This document shows positions 51,152-59,972 of a stretch of DNA of 64,000 nt, piece by piece. The notes under the pieces were generated by a model. The model saw only the letters and a list, made by a program, of their open reading frames with translations. It searched no databases and had not been told where the DNA came from. The number at the start of each line of letters is the position of its first letter. Position 1 is the stretch's first letter. Location of the stretch: NCBI GenBank assembly GCA_963675755.2, contig CAXXMD010000002.1, positions 1,184,001 through 1,248,000 of the forward strand, read 5' to 3'. This DNA is from a bacterium. Its GTDB lineage: Bacteria; Zhuqueibacterota; Zhuqueibacteria; Residuimicrobiales; Krinioviventaceae. The translations under genes were made by a program, and so were the position numbers.

Positions 51152-52468
51152 CTACTTTAAAGGTACTTCATTTTGTATTATTTGTTCAACAGTTTGTCTT
51201 TTACGAACAACCTGTATTTCACCGGATACCTTGAACAATATTTCGGGGGTTTGAGAGTATGAATTGTAATTGTGAAGAGCCATACCTGAACAATACGCAC
51301 CACTTCCACCAATAACAACATGATCACCAATTTCAGGATCAGCCATAACTCGTGGCACAATATGTCCGTGATCATCCAAACACTGAGAGTCACCGGTTTC
51401 ACAGCAACGTCCCACAACAACACGCTGGTCCAGTTCAGGATCAAGGTCATACAAATCAAATTCAGTAGATAATATCTCTCCGTCATGTTTTATAACATAA
51501 AACGGATGTTGCGATCCATATAATAACGGACGTGTGTTGGATTCCATACCACCATCCAAAACCAGAAAACGGAATCCATCTTTACCGGTTTGTTTTTTAT
51601 CGATTACCGTAGTTACCAGATACCCCGCATTTGCTATCATAAATGTACCCGGCTCTACTTCCATTACCAATTTACGACCGGTCTTTTCATAAAATGCTTT
51701 TAAATGCTCGGTAGCATATTTACCCAATTGCTCAATATCTGCTGCATGTTCATCGGGCATACGCGCTTCTTTAAAGCCGCCTCCAAAATTAATAGTGGTT
51801 GCTTTGGGAAACCATTTTTCAACAAATTCCAATTCACGATCAATACTGTCACGCCATTCATCAGGATCACCACCGGAACCTACATGATTATGGACCGTAT
51901 CAAACACCAAACCTTTTTCATTTGCAAATTTCATGGCATCATCCAGTTCAGTTATATGCACACCAAAACTGGCATATTTATCACCCGTATTGCGTGACTC
52001 GGATTCACCCGTACCTACACCGGGATGAATACGCATGGAAAGAACTATATCATTCTGTGATGCAAAATCTGCTATCAATTGCAGTTGACGCATGGAGCAG
52101 ACATTATATTTCAAACCTTCAAGGATCATTTGTTCCATGGCTTCGCGATCATCGCCCACGGGTACTTCTTGCGTGGTCAGCATAATATCTTTATAGGGAA
52201 TACCCGCCAGATATGCTCTGCGTACCTCATTCAAAGAACTGGCATCAATATGACAGCCTTGTTTGTGCAAGAGCTGTAATATAGCCATATTGGGATTGGC
52301 TTTCATTGCATAACTGACTTTGAGCCCATACGCATTTGGCATGGAAAGTACCTGATTGCACTTTTCAAGGATCAGTGCTTCGTCATATAAATAAAACGGA
52401 GTTTGAATTTCAGAAACAGTGCTGGCAATAACATCACCGGTAACCATTCCATAACCTGATAATAACAT
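51152..52468 (-). CDS. lysA: Diaminopimelate decarboxylase
   Basis: TPFYLYDE, YAMKANP, HNHVGSG, FGGGF, EPGT, GRCCETGD, GAY..NYNS; last gene of the dap operon. Confidence 0.9.
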   Translation of the reverse strand: MLLSGYGMVTGDVIASTVSEIQTPFYLYDEALILEKCNQVLSMPNAYGLKVSYAMKANPNMAILQLLHKQGCHIDASSLNEVRRAYLAGIPYKDIMLTTQEVPVGDDREAMEQMILEGLKYNVCSMRQLQLIADFASQNDIVLSMRIHPGVGTGESESRNTGDKYASFGVHITELDDAMKFANEKGLVFDTVHNHVGSGGDPDEWRDSIDRELEFVEKWFPKATTINFGGGFKEARMPDEHAADIEQLGKYATEHLKAFYEKTGRKLVMEVEPGTFMIANAGYLVTTVIDKKQTGKDGFRFLVLDGGMESNTRPLLYGSQHPFYVIKHDGEILSTEFDLYDLDPELDQRVVVGRCCETGDSQCLDDHGHIVPRVMADPEIGDHVVIGGSGAYCSGMALHNYNSYSQTPEILFKVSGEIQVVRKRQTVEQIIQNEVPLK

Positions 52469-52479
52469 ATAATTGTATC

Positions 52480-53712
52480 CTATTCTAATCTCAAATTTTC
52501 TTTAATACTTTTCACGGCGGCTTTAATATCATCCAAATGCCCAAAAGCGCTTAACCGGAAAAAGCCTTCACCACTGGCTCCAAAACCTGAACCCGGTGTA
52601 CCAACAACATGTGTCTCGGTTAACAATTTGTCAAAAAACTCCCACGATGTTAAACCATTGGGGGTTTTCATCCAGATATATGGAGCATTATCTCCACCAT
52701 AAACGGTTATTCCCAGTTCCTGTAAACCTGAACGAATGATTTTTGCATTGTTCATGTAATAGTCAACCAGTCCCATACATTCTTTCATACCCTGTTCTGA
52801 CAATGAAGCAAGGCCTCCCTCCTGCACAATATTGGCTGCTCCATTGAAAAAAGTAGATTGGCGGCGGTTCCATAATGCATTGACTTTTCCGGGGGCTGCG
52901 TCTTCAGTCACTAAAGCTTTGGGGACTATGGCCCAACCCAAACGAACACCGGTAAAACCGGCAACTTTGGAAAAGCTGTTAATCTCTATTGCACATTCTT
53001 TGGCACCTTCAACCTCGAATATTGATCGTGGTAATGACGGATCTTTAACAAATGACGAATACGCTGCATCAAAAATGATAACAGCTTTATTTTCGCGAGC
53101 ATAATCCACAAATGTTTTCAATTGCTCATGTGTTGCCACAGCACCTGTGGGATTGTTAGGGCTGCAGAGATAGATCAAATCTGCTTTTTGCTTTGGCAGA
53201 TCAGAGAAAAAGCCATTTTCTTCATTACATGGCATATAAATCAAACCATCATAACAACCTTTATCTACATTATAATCACCGGTTCGTCCGGCAATCACAT
53301 TGGTATCTACATATACCGGGTACGCTGGATCCTGAACTGCTACAACATTACTCTGCGCGAAAATTGATTGTATGTTGCCCGCATCAGGTTTTGCGCCATC
53401 ACTGACAAAAAACTCGCTGACATCCAGATCTACATTATAGGTTTTGTACAAAGCCTGCAAAGCTTCGCGTAACCGAACATCACCCTGTTCATCTCCATAA
53501 CCGGAATAGGTTTCAACATTTGCCAGCTTGTCTACACCCGAATGCAATCCTTTCACCACTTCCGGAGTGAGTGGTTCAGTGGTGTTTCCAATTCCCAGCT
53601 TCATGATCTTTGCGTTGGGATTATTTTCCAAAAACAACCGGGTACGTTTCGCAATTTCCGGAAACAGATAACCCGCTGCAAGTTTATTATAATTTGAATT
53701 TATTTTTGCCAT
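52480..53712 (-). CDS. dapL: LL-diaminopimelate aminotransferase
   Basis: YLFPEIA, GYGDEQG, SDGAK, DPAYPVYVD, CSPNNPTG, SFSKVAGFTGVRLGW, NAPYIW, TPGSGFG. Confidence 0.96.
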   Translation of the reverse strand: MAKINSNYNKLAAGYLFPEIAKRTRLFLENNPNAKIMKLGIGNTTEPLTPEVVKGLHSGVDKLANVETYSGYGDEQGDVRLREALQALYKTYNVDLDVSEFFVSDGAKPDAGNIQSIFAQSNVVAVQDPAYPVYVDTNVIAGRTGDYNVDKGCYDGLIYMPCNEENGFFSDLPKQKADLIYLCSPNNPTGAVATHEQLKTFVDYARENKAVIIFDAAYSSFVKDPSLPRSIFEVEGAKECAIEINSFSKVAGFTGVRLGWAIVPKALVTEDAAPGKVNALWNRRQSTFFNGAANIVQEGGLASLSEQGMKECMGLVDYYMNNAKIIRSGLQELGITVYGGDNAPYIWMKTPNGLTSWEFFDKLLTETHVVGTPGSGFGASGEGFFRLSAFGHLDDIKAAVKSIKENLRLE

Positions 53713-53730
53713 AAAAAAATTTCCTTGTTG

Positions 53731-54585
53731 TCAAATTTGCGTTTCAAACACTTCTGGAACAATCACACCTTCACCAATCCGGGTTACCGGACCGGTCATC
53801 ACAATATCAAAATCTTCCGAGATTTTTATAGACAACACACCACCGGGAGAATGCACGGTGATATCATTATCACACAGTCCCAGCTTGTGTGCAACAGATG
53901 CCGCGGCACTACTGCTGCTTCCGGATGCCAGGGTGTACCCTGCACCGCGTTCCCATATTTCGATCTGAATATTGTTGCGATCAAGCACTTTTAAAAATTG
54001 TACATTAATCTTGTTGGGAAACATTTTATGTGTTTCCAGAACTGGACCATATTTTACAGCCAACTCTTTGGATATTTCATCCAGGGGCACAACACAATGG
54101 GGGTTGCCAATAGAGGCGGCACAAAAAGTAAATGTGCGGTCTAGCGCCTCTATCGGCTCTTGGATCACCTGACGGGGTTCACCGGCAACAGGTATTTCAT
54201 TGCTGGTAAAGGTAATCCGCCCCATTTCAACTGTTATACGTTTTCCATTATCCATCACTTTGGATTCGACCAAACCACCGGGCGTATCAATGGTAAAGGG
54301 TTTATCAGATACTTTTTTCATATCCCATAAATAGCGTGAAAAAATGCGCAATCCGTTACCACTTTTTTCTGCTTCACTGCCATCGGGATTATAAATTCTT
54401 AATCCGAATTCACCTTTATCTGAAGGCAGTGGACCGTACAAAATTCCATCCGAACCAATTCCAAAATTACGATGGCAAATTACTTTGATCTGGTGCTCGG
54501 TAAAACCCGGACCAAAATCAGCCGGATCGATCACAATATAGTCGTTACCTAAAGCATGATATTTATAAAATTTAATATTTTCCAT
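53731..54585 (-). CDS. dapF: Diaminopimelate epimerase (Ser-variant motifs)
   Basis: KYHALGND, GIGSDG, EAEKSGNGLR, GNPH, WERGAGYTLASGSS. Confidence 0.92.
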   Translation of the reverse strand: MENIKFYKYHALGNDYIVIDPADFGPGFTEHQIKVICHRNFGIGSDGILYGPLPSDKGEFGLRIYNPDGSEAEKSGNGLRIFSRYLWDMKKVSDKPFTIDTPGGLVESKVMDNGKRITVEMGRITFTSNEIPVAGEPRQVIQEPIEALDRTFTFCAASIGNPHCVVPLDEISKELAVKYGPVLETHKMFPNKINVQFLKVLDRNNIQIEIWERGAGYTLASGSSSSAAASVAHKLGLCDNDITVHSPGGVLSIKISEDFDIVMTGPVTRIGEGVIVPEVFETQI

Positions 54586-54595
54586 TCATTCTCTC

Positions 54596-55489
54596 TTAGA
54601 TCAGATCCATATCTTTTAATACTGATGCCAATTTATCTTTACTTTCCTGCTTCATTCCCACCAGGGGTAATCTGACGTTTGCACCATCAATCTTGCCCAT
54701 CATTTCAAGTGCCGTTTTGGCTGGCACAGGATTAGTTTCTATAAAATTTATCTCCATCAGGTTTAATAATTTATAATGGAGCTCACGGGCCTTGTCCCAG
54801 TTGCCATCAAGGGCATAATGTACCATCTCACTCAACATTTTTGGAGTTTCGTTGGCAACTACGGAAATAATTCCATCACCACCCAGGGCCATCATAGCCA
54901 AAGAAATCGCATCATCTCCCGAAAGTACCAGAAAATCTTTAGGACGGTTCTGAAGGATTGCCATAATCTGGTTAAAATTACCGCTGGCTTCTTTAACAGC
55001 AATAATATTGGGGATCTGGGCTAAACGTAACGTTGTTTCAGCAGAGATATTGCTGCTTGTTCGGCCAGGAACATTGTACAAAACGACAGGAACATCGACA
55101 GCTTCTGCAATGGTTTTAAAATGCTGATACAGACCTTCCTGTGTCGGTTTATTGTAATAAGGTGCAACAGACAACACTGCGTCTGCACCGGCTCTTTCTG
55201 CAAACTTTGAGAGTGAAATTGCTTCGGTTGTAGAGTTACTTCCGGCACCACACAAAACAGGCACGCGACCATTCACATGCTCGATGGTGGTTTCAATAAC
55301 TTTTTGATGTTCTTCATGGGACATGGTAGCACTTTCACCTGTGGTTCCACAGGTCAAAATTACATCTGTTCCCTGTTCAATCTGCCAGTCCAATAATCGC
55401 TTATAACCTTCATAATCAATATCACCATTGCTCATAAACGGGGTGATGATCGCTACGGAAGAACCGCGAAATCTGGAAGCATCCATCAT
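54596..55489 (-). CDS. dapA: 4-hydroxy-tetrahydrodipicolinate synthase
   Basis: AIITPF, GTTGES, PYYNKP, LYNVPGRT, KEASG, SGDD, ETNPVP. Confidence 0.97.
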   Translation of the reverse strand: MMDASRFRGSSVAIITPFMSNGDIDYEGYKRLLDWQIEQGTDVILTCGTTGESATMSHEEHQKVIETTIEHVNGRVPVLCGAGSNSTTEAISLSKFAERAGADAVLSVAPYYNKPTQEGLYQHFKTIAEAVDVPVVLYNVPGRTSSNISAETTLRLAQIPNIIAVKEASGNFNQIMAILQNRPKDFLVLSGDDAISLAMMALGGDGIISVVANETPKMLSEMVHYALDGNWDKARELHYKLLNLMEINFIETNPVPAKTALEMMGKIDGANVRLPLVGMKQESKDKLASVLKDMDLI

Positions 55490-55506
55490 AACATCCTTTC
55501 TTTTTA

Positions 55507-56232
55507 TCATGACTGGTTCATGTCGTTCATAAAATCATCCATTGTAAAAATCCCCTTTTTCCCAATCAGCCATTCTGCGGCAAGCACAGCTCCAAATGCA
55601 AATCCTTCACGGCTATGTGCCTGATGTCTTAGAGTTATGGTATCGTAAGCAGAATCAAAACCGATTTCATGGGTACCCGGTATACGCCCAACCCGGGACG
55701 AGGTTACATGTAAACTTTTGGGGTCAATAACTCCATGACTGGTATCAAAAAAAGGTTTATCTTTATATTCTAAATTTTCGAGTAATACCTCTGTCAATTT
55801 TTTAGCAGTACCACTGGGGCTGTCTGCTTTGCCGGTATGGTGCCATTCATGCAAATAACAATCATAGCTATCCAGTTTACCCATGAGTTTTGCTGCCGCT
55901 TCTACAATTTTAGTAAACTGGTAGACGCCTATTGAAAAATTAGGGCTCGTTATCATGGTCAGATTCTCAATCGCAACAGCTTTATCATAATCATCCAGCC
56001 AGCCGGTAGCACCTTCTACAATGGGCACACCCAAACCGGCTGCTGTTTGCAGGTTATTCATAACTGCATCTGCAAGTGTAAAATCGATCAAAACCTCGGC
56101 TCCGTTAAGATCAGAATTTAAATTAAAAGGCTGATCAATATCAAATACTGCGTTTATGGAATGACCACGGGATTTAGCAATATCTTCTACCTGGTGCCCC
56201 ATTCGGCCATATCCTAAAATACCTAATTTCAT
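55507..56232 (-). CDS. dapB: 4-hydroxy-tetrahydrodipicolinate reductase
   Basis: GYGRMG, IDFT, NFSIG, EWHHTGKADSPSGTA, HQAHSREGFAFGA. Confidence 0.95.
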   Translation of the reverse strand: MKLGILGYGRMGHQVEDIAKSRGHSINAVFDIDQPFNLNSDLNGAEVLIDFTLADAVMNNLQTAAGLGVPIVEGATGWLDDYDKAVAIENLTMITSPNFSIGVYQFTKIVEAAAKLMGKLDSYDCYLHEWHHTGKADSPSGTAKKLTEVLLENLEYKDKPFFDTSHGVIDPKSLHVTSSRVGRIPGTHEIGFDSAYDTITLRHQAHSREGFAFGAVLAAEWLIGKKGIFTMDDFMNDMNQS

Positions 56233-56240
56233 AATAATCC

Positions 56241-57629
56241 TTAATTGTTCTCTGCAAAAATGTTTTTATCAAAATCGCCACCAAAGAAATAATCATGCAA
56301 AGATTTGATAACTTTTTCAAGATCAGATTCATCGATGACAAAACTGAGATTAATCTCTGATGCGCCCTGTGAAATAAGGTGTATACGCACATCATTTACC
56401 AGGTTAAAAATCTTGGCCGGCATTCCTGGCGTCCGTTTTAAATTTTCACCCACAAGGCAGACAATCGCATTATCGTGCGCCACATTCACAACAGCGAACT
56501 CGTTCAATTCCTGGGTAATTTTATCCAGATGCTCGGTATTATCTATGGTAATAGAAACACTGACCTCGGAAGTAGAAACAAGATCTACAGCTGTTTTATA
56601 TTTTTCAAATATATTAAAAATTGATGCCATAAAACCATGTGCCATCAACATGCGGGTACTGTGTACGGTTATTACCGTTAAAGCTTCTTTATATGCAATA
56701 GACTTGACAACACATTCTTCCTCGGTCATTTTATCAGATGGAGCAATTTTGGTCCCATCTTTTTCCGGGTGCATTGAATTCAAAACATATACAGGTACGC
56801 CTTTGGCAACTGCCGGTAACATGGTAGAAGGATGCAGCACTTTAGCGCCAAAATATGCCAATTCAGCAGCTTCATCAAAGCTCATTAACAATATACGTTT
56901 AGCTTCGGGCAGTAAAGAAGGATCAGCAGTTAAAACTCCACTCACATCTGTCCAGATTTCAACAGCTTCTGCACCTATCATGGCACCAACCAAAGATGCT
57001 GAATAATCAGAGCCGCCTCTGCCGAGTGTGGTTATCTTGCCGTTGCCATCGCGGCCTATAAATCCCTGCATTACAGGAATTTTACCTTCCTGTACAAACG
57101 GAATCAAAATACGTTGCGCATTTTCCGTTGAAGGGCCATCCTGCGGCATCGCACTGCCATAATTCGAGTCCGTTACCAATATGTCTCTGGCATCCGCCAT
57201 TATACCGTTCATGCCAATTTTATCCATATAAGCGGCAAGAATATTTGATGACAGGTATTCACCAATGCTCAGCAATTCATCAATGAGGTCTTTGGCAGGA
57301 TTACCGGCATAAGACAATGCCTCACAAACAGATTGAAGCTGTTCAATAGTATCATCCAGACGGAATTTCAAAAGCGTATTATCATCAACCTGTAAATCAT
57401 TAATAATCGTCTGATGACGATTTTTTATTTCAGACAAAATTTCTTTAACAGTTTCCAAATCACCTTTAACAGAAGTCTTGCTCAAAGCGACAAGGTTATC
57501 CGTAAGGCCGCCAACAGCAGATACAACAATTACAGGTGATTTATCTTGACGGGATTGAATGATTTCTGTAACCCGACGCATAGCTGCAGCATCGGCAACC
57601 GATGTTCCGCCGAATTTCATTACGATCAT
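56241..57629 (-). CDS. lysC: Aspartate kinase (lysine-sensitive type, two ACT domains)
   Basis: KFGGTSV, TLGRGGSDYSA, WTDVSG..DP, GAKVLHP, TSEVSVS. Confidence 0.96.
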   Translation of the reverse strand: MIVMKFGGTSVADAAAMRRVTEIIQSRQDKSPVIVVSAVGGLTDNLVALSKTSVKGDLETVKEILSEIKNRHQTIINDLQVDDNTLLKFRLDDTIEQLQSVCEALSYAGNPAKDLIDELLSIGEYLSSNILAAYMDKIGMNGIMADARDILVTDSNYGSAMPQDGPSTENAQRILIPFVQEGKIPVMQGFIGRDGNGKITTLGRGGSDYSASLVGAMIGAEAVEIWTDVSGVLTADPSLLPEAKRILLMSFDEAAELAYFGAKVLHPSTMLPAVAKGVPVYVLNSMHPEKDGTKIAPSDKMTEEECVVKSIAYKEALTVITVHSTRMLMAHGFMASIFNIFEKYKTAVDLVSTSEVSVSITIDNTEHLDKITQELNEFAVVNVAHDNAIVCLVGENLKRTPGMPAKIFNLVNDVRIHLISQGASEINLSFVIDESDLEKVIKSLHDYFFGGDFDKNIFAENN

Positions 57630-58622
57630 ATACTTGTTTCCTTTATTAATTTTCCAACAATATTCTCCAGATCCTGTACTCCACGTTCAAGATCAGATAT
57701 GCGAATATATTCATCATCACAATGAGCAACATCAATAGAACCAGGGCCATACAACAAGATTTTTCCAAGAGGACGCAGGTAAGAAGCATCAGATCCAAAG
57801 CTTACAATTGAATTTTCAAATCCATCAACAGTATAGAGATGTATAGGTTCGGATTCGCTCAAATAATCAACATCTATCTTTTCAACATCCAGTGTTTGAA
57901 TTATATTTTTAATTTCATTTACCGATGTAGCTACACGAAAAATACCTTCAACACTTGCAGTAGATGCAATGACATTCATACCACTGCCACCGGATATTTT
58001 TCCAAAATTCAGAGTAGTTTGTCCAAATACGGAATCACTAGCCCAATCTGTTTCCAGCCATTGGCCAATATATTTTATCAGACGGTGAATGGCTGAATCA
58101 CCCTTTTCGGGATTACAAGAATGCCCGCTTTTTCCAGACGCTGTAATACGAAATACAAGTGTACCTTTCTGTCCTGCAACCAGTTTGTTTTCTGTTGGTT
58201 CGCCAATAATCACATATTTGGATGGCAAATCCAAACGTGCTGCCATTTTGGCCCCATCAGAATCCAGTTCTTCACCCACAACAAAGAGCAAACCAAATTT
58301 TGTACACCTTGAGAACGCAAGCGATCACCGGTTTCAATCATAGCGGCAATCTGTCCTTTTGCATCACAAGCTCCTCTTCCAAATATCTTTTCATCTGTTT
58401 TACGATATTCACAAAATGGTAATACGGTATCCATATGTGAACTGAGAAGAACGATTGGAGCTTCATTTGTCAATGCAAGAACATTAATTCTGTTTTGAGC
58501 AACTGGCTGTGCAGTAACATGATAACCCTTTTGCTTTAGCAGATCCAACAAAATTGACCAACCTCCCCCTCCTGCAAGGAAGGTGATGGAATACAGATCA
58601 TATTTTCAAGTAAAGAGATCAT
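57626..58622 (-). pseudogene. M20 family metallohydrolase (ArgE/DapE-like) with two frameshifts
   Basis: IPSPS..E, SHMDTV, GRGACDAKG, VGEE, GEPT, YGPG..AH..DE motifs lie in three frames. Adding one base at 58550-58553 and one at 58295-58301 gives 332 aa. Confidence 0.85.
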
Positions 58623-58637
58623 TGATCACCACTATAT

Positions 58638-58680
58638 AAAAAAAAAGGTTGAAAGAATGGAGAACCGTTTCAATCAACCA
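58638..58680 (-). terminator. Riboswitch attenuator terminator
   Basis: Minus strand GGTTGA..TCAACC followed by T9, between the aptamer and the first gene. Confidence 0.75.
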
Positions 58681-58704
58681 ACTAATGAGTTATCAGCCTG
58701 TCAA

Positions 58705-58878
58705 CTAATAGCGCTCCACGGCTTTTTTCTCCGTGACAGTCCGGCAGTTATTCACGTGCCGACCCAACAATACACAATTACAGTTGTATAAAGTTTCGGC
58801 CTGTTATCCTTTCACATGTTGTCTACAAAACTGCAATTTCTCAAACATGTATACTTTTATAACAAGCGCCTCTATCAA
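58705..58878 (-). ncRNA. Lysine riboswitch (L-box)
   Basis: GATAGAGGCGC..AGTA..GAAAGG..GCCGAA..TTGGG..GAATA..ACTGTCACGG..CCGTGGAGCGCTAT upstream of the lysC-dap operon. Confidence 0.93.
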
Positions 58879-58885
58879 GTCAATA

Positions 58886-58914
58886 AACATACAAAAAATA
58901 GTATAAATTTGCAA
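58886..58914 (-). promoter_or_regulatory. Sigma70 promoter of the lysine operon
   Basis: Minus strand TTGCAA-17 nt-TATGTT, just 5' of the aptamer. Confidence 0.6.
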
Positions 58915-59033
58915 CCTCTTTGTTTGAAATTACAAGATATTACAAATGAAAATCATAAAAAATTTTAGATATCTGCAATATTTTTTACGATCTATTGTTT
59001 TAATCAAAAATCAAACATTAAGGGAGGAACAAC

Positions 59034-59231
59034 ATGTTAAATACAATTGGTGAATTATCTGGCATCATTTGGAAAGTTCTTGATGATAAAGGTGAACTTA
59101 CATTAGCCAAATTAAAAAAAGCAATAGATGCAGATGAATTTTCTCTTTACTCTGCACTGGGTTGGCTGGCAAGAGAAGATAAAATCAATATAGATAAATC
59201 CGGAAGATCAGTCAAAATATCACTAAAATAA
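59034..59231 (+). CDS. Small winged-helix protein (DUF2582-like)
   Basis: IGELSGIIWKVL..ALGWLAREDKI; SD GGAGG. Confidence 0.88.
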   Translation: MLNTIGELSGIIWKVLDDKGELTLAKLKKAIDADEFSLYSALGWLAREDKINIDKSGRSVKISLK

Positions 59232-59972
59232 TCAAATAAATTTTTCACGCTTTTGCAGGTTTAATAACCCAGCGAGCAGCATGAGGATTGTGGCGGATAA
59301 AATGTACAAGCGGTTCTTCATTTTCAAATCCGCCCATATCACCTCACTTATTTCTTCTGGTATATGAAAGGGATTTAAAAACAGATTCCATTCACTCTCT
59401 CTTAAAATTCCACTCAACACCCAAAATGCCATACCAAATGCAACCAAAATCACCATAGATCCAAAACCATTCCTGACCCAGGTCGACAGCATAAACGCAA
59501 AACACCCTATAAAAAAGATAGGAAACATGAGTTGATATACCATAGTGAGAATATGAAACTCGCTGATGGCTACAAAGCTAAGCAATGACAGAAAAATAAG
59601 CAAGGCAAAAACCAGTACATAAATAATTGCCATTCTAACCAGCCAGACTTTGTATCGGTAATCCGGAATACCAAAAAGAATTTCAATCATCCGGTTATCC
59701 ATATCGTGCTGTATACCAAATGTTGTTGGATAAAAAATGAGCAGCAGTCCGGGAAACAGCAATAAATAGTACACGGTTGCGGCATCCGGAACGGTATCGC
59801 TATTGAAAAATATCAGCAATCCAATCAACAGATAAAATACAAATGCTGCCAACAAGAAATAGATAAACAGATTGCCAAAAATGATCTTTAAATTGTATCG
59901 AACAATCTTGTTAATCAGTGAAAATGAATTCCGGATTTTTGCTTTATCTATAAACATTATCTTTTTTTCCAT
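59232..59972 (-). CDS. ABC-2-type permease-like membrane protein
   Basis: About six TM helices; D.DNRMIEILFGIP; overlaps the end of the ABC ATPase ORF. Confidence 0.7.
   Translation of the reverse strand: MEKKIMFIDKAKIRNSFSLINKIVRYNLKIIFGNLFIYFLLAAFVFYLLIGLLIFFNSDTVPDAATVYYLLLFPGLLLIFYPTTFGIQHDMDNRMIEILFGIPDYRYKVWLVRMAIIYVLVFALLIFLSLLSFVAISEFHILTMVYQLMFPIFFIGCFAFMLSTWVRNGFGSMVILVAFGMAFWVLSGILRESEWNLFLNPFHIPEEISEVIWADLKMKNRLYILSATILMLLAGLLNLQKREKFI

Noticed and set aside
56305-57006. Long antisense ORFs (also 406-966, 40064-41113, 49421-49927)
   Set aside because: They are shadows of well-supported genes on the opposite strand, with no motifs or SD sites.
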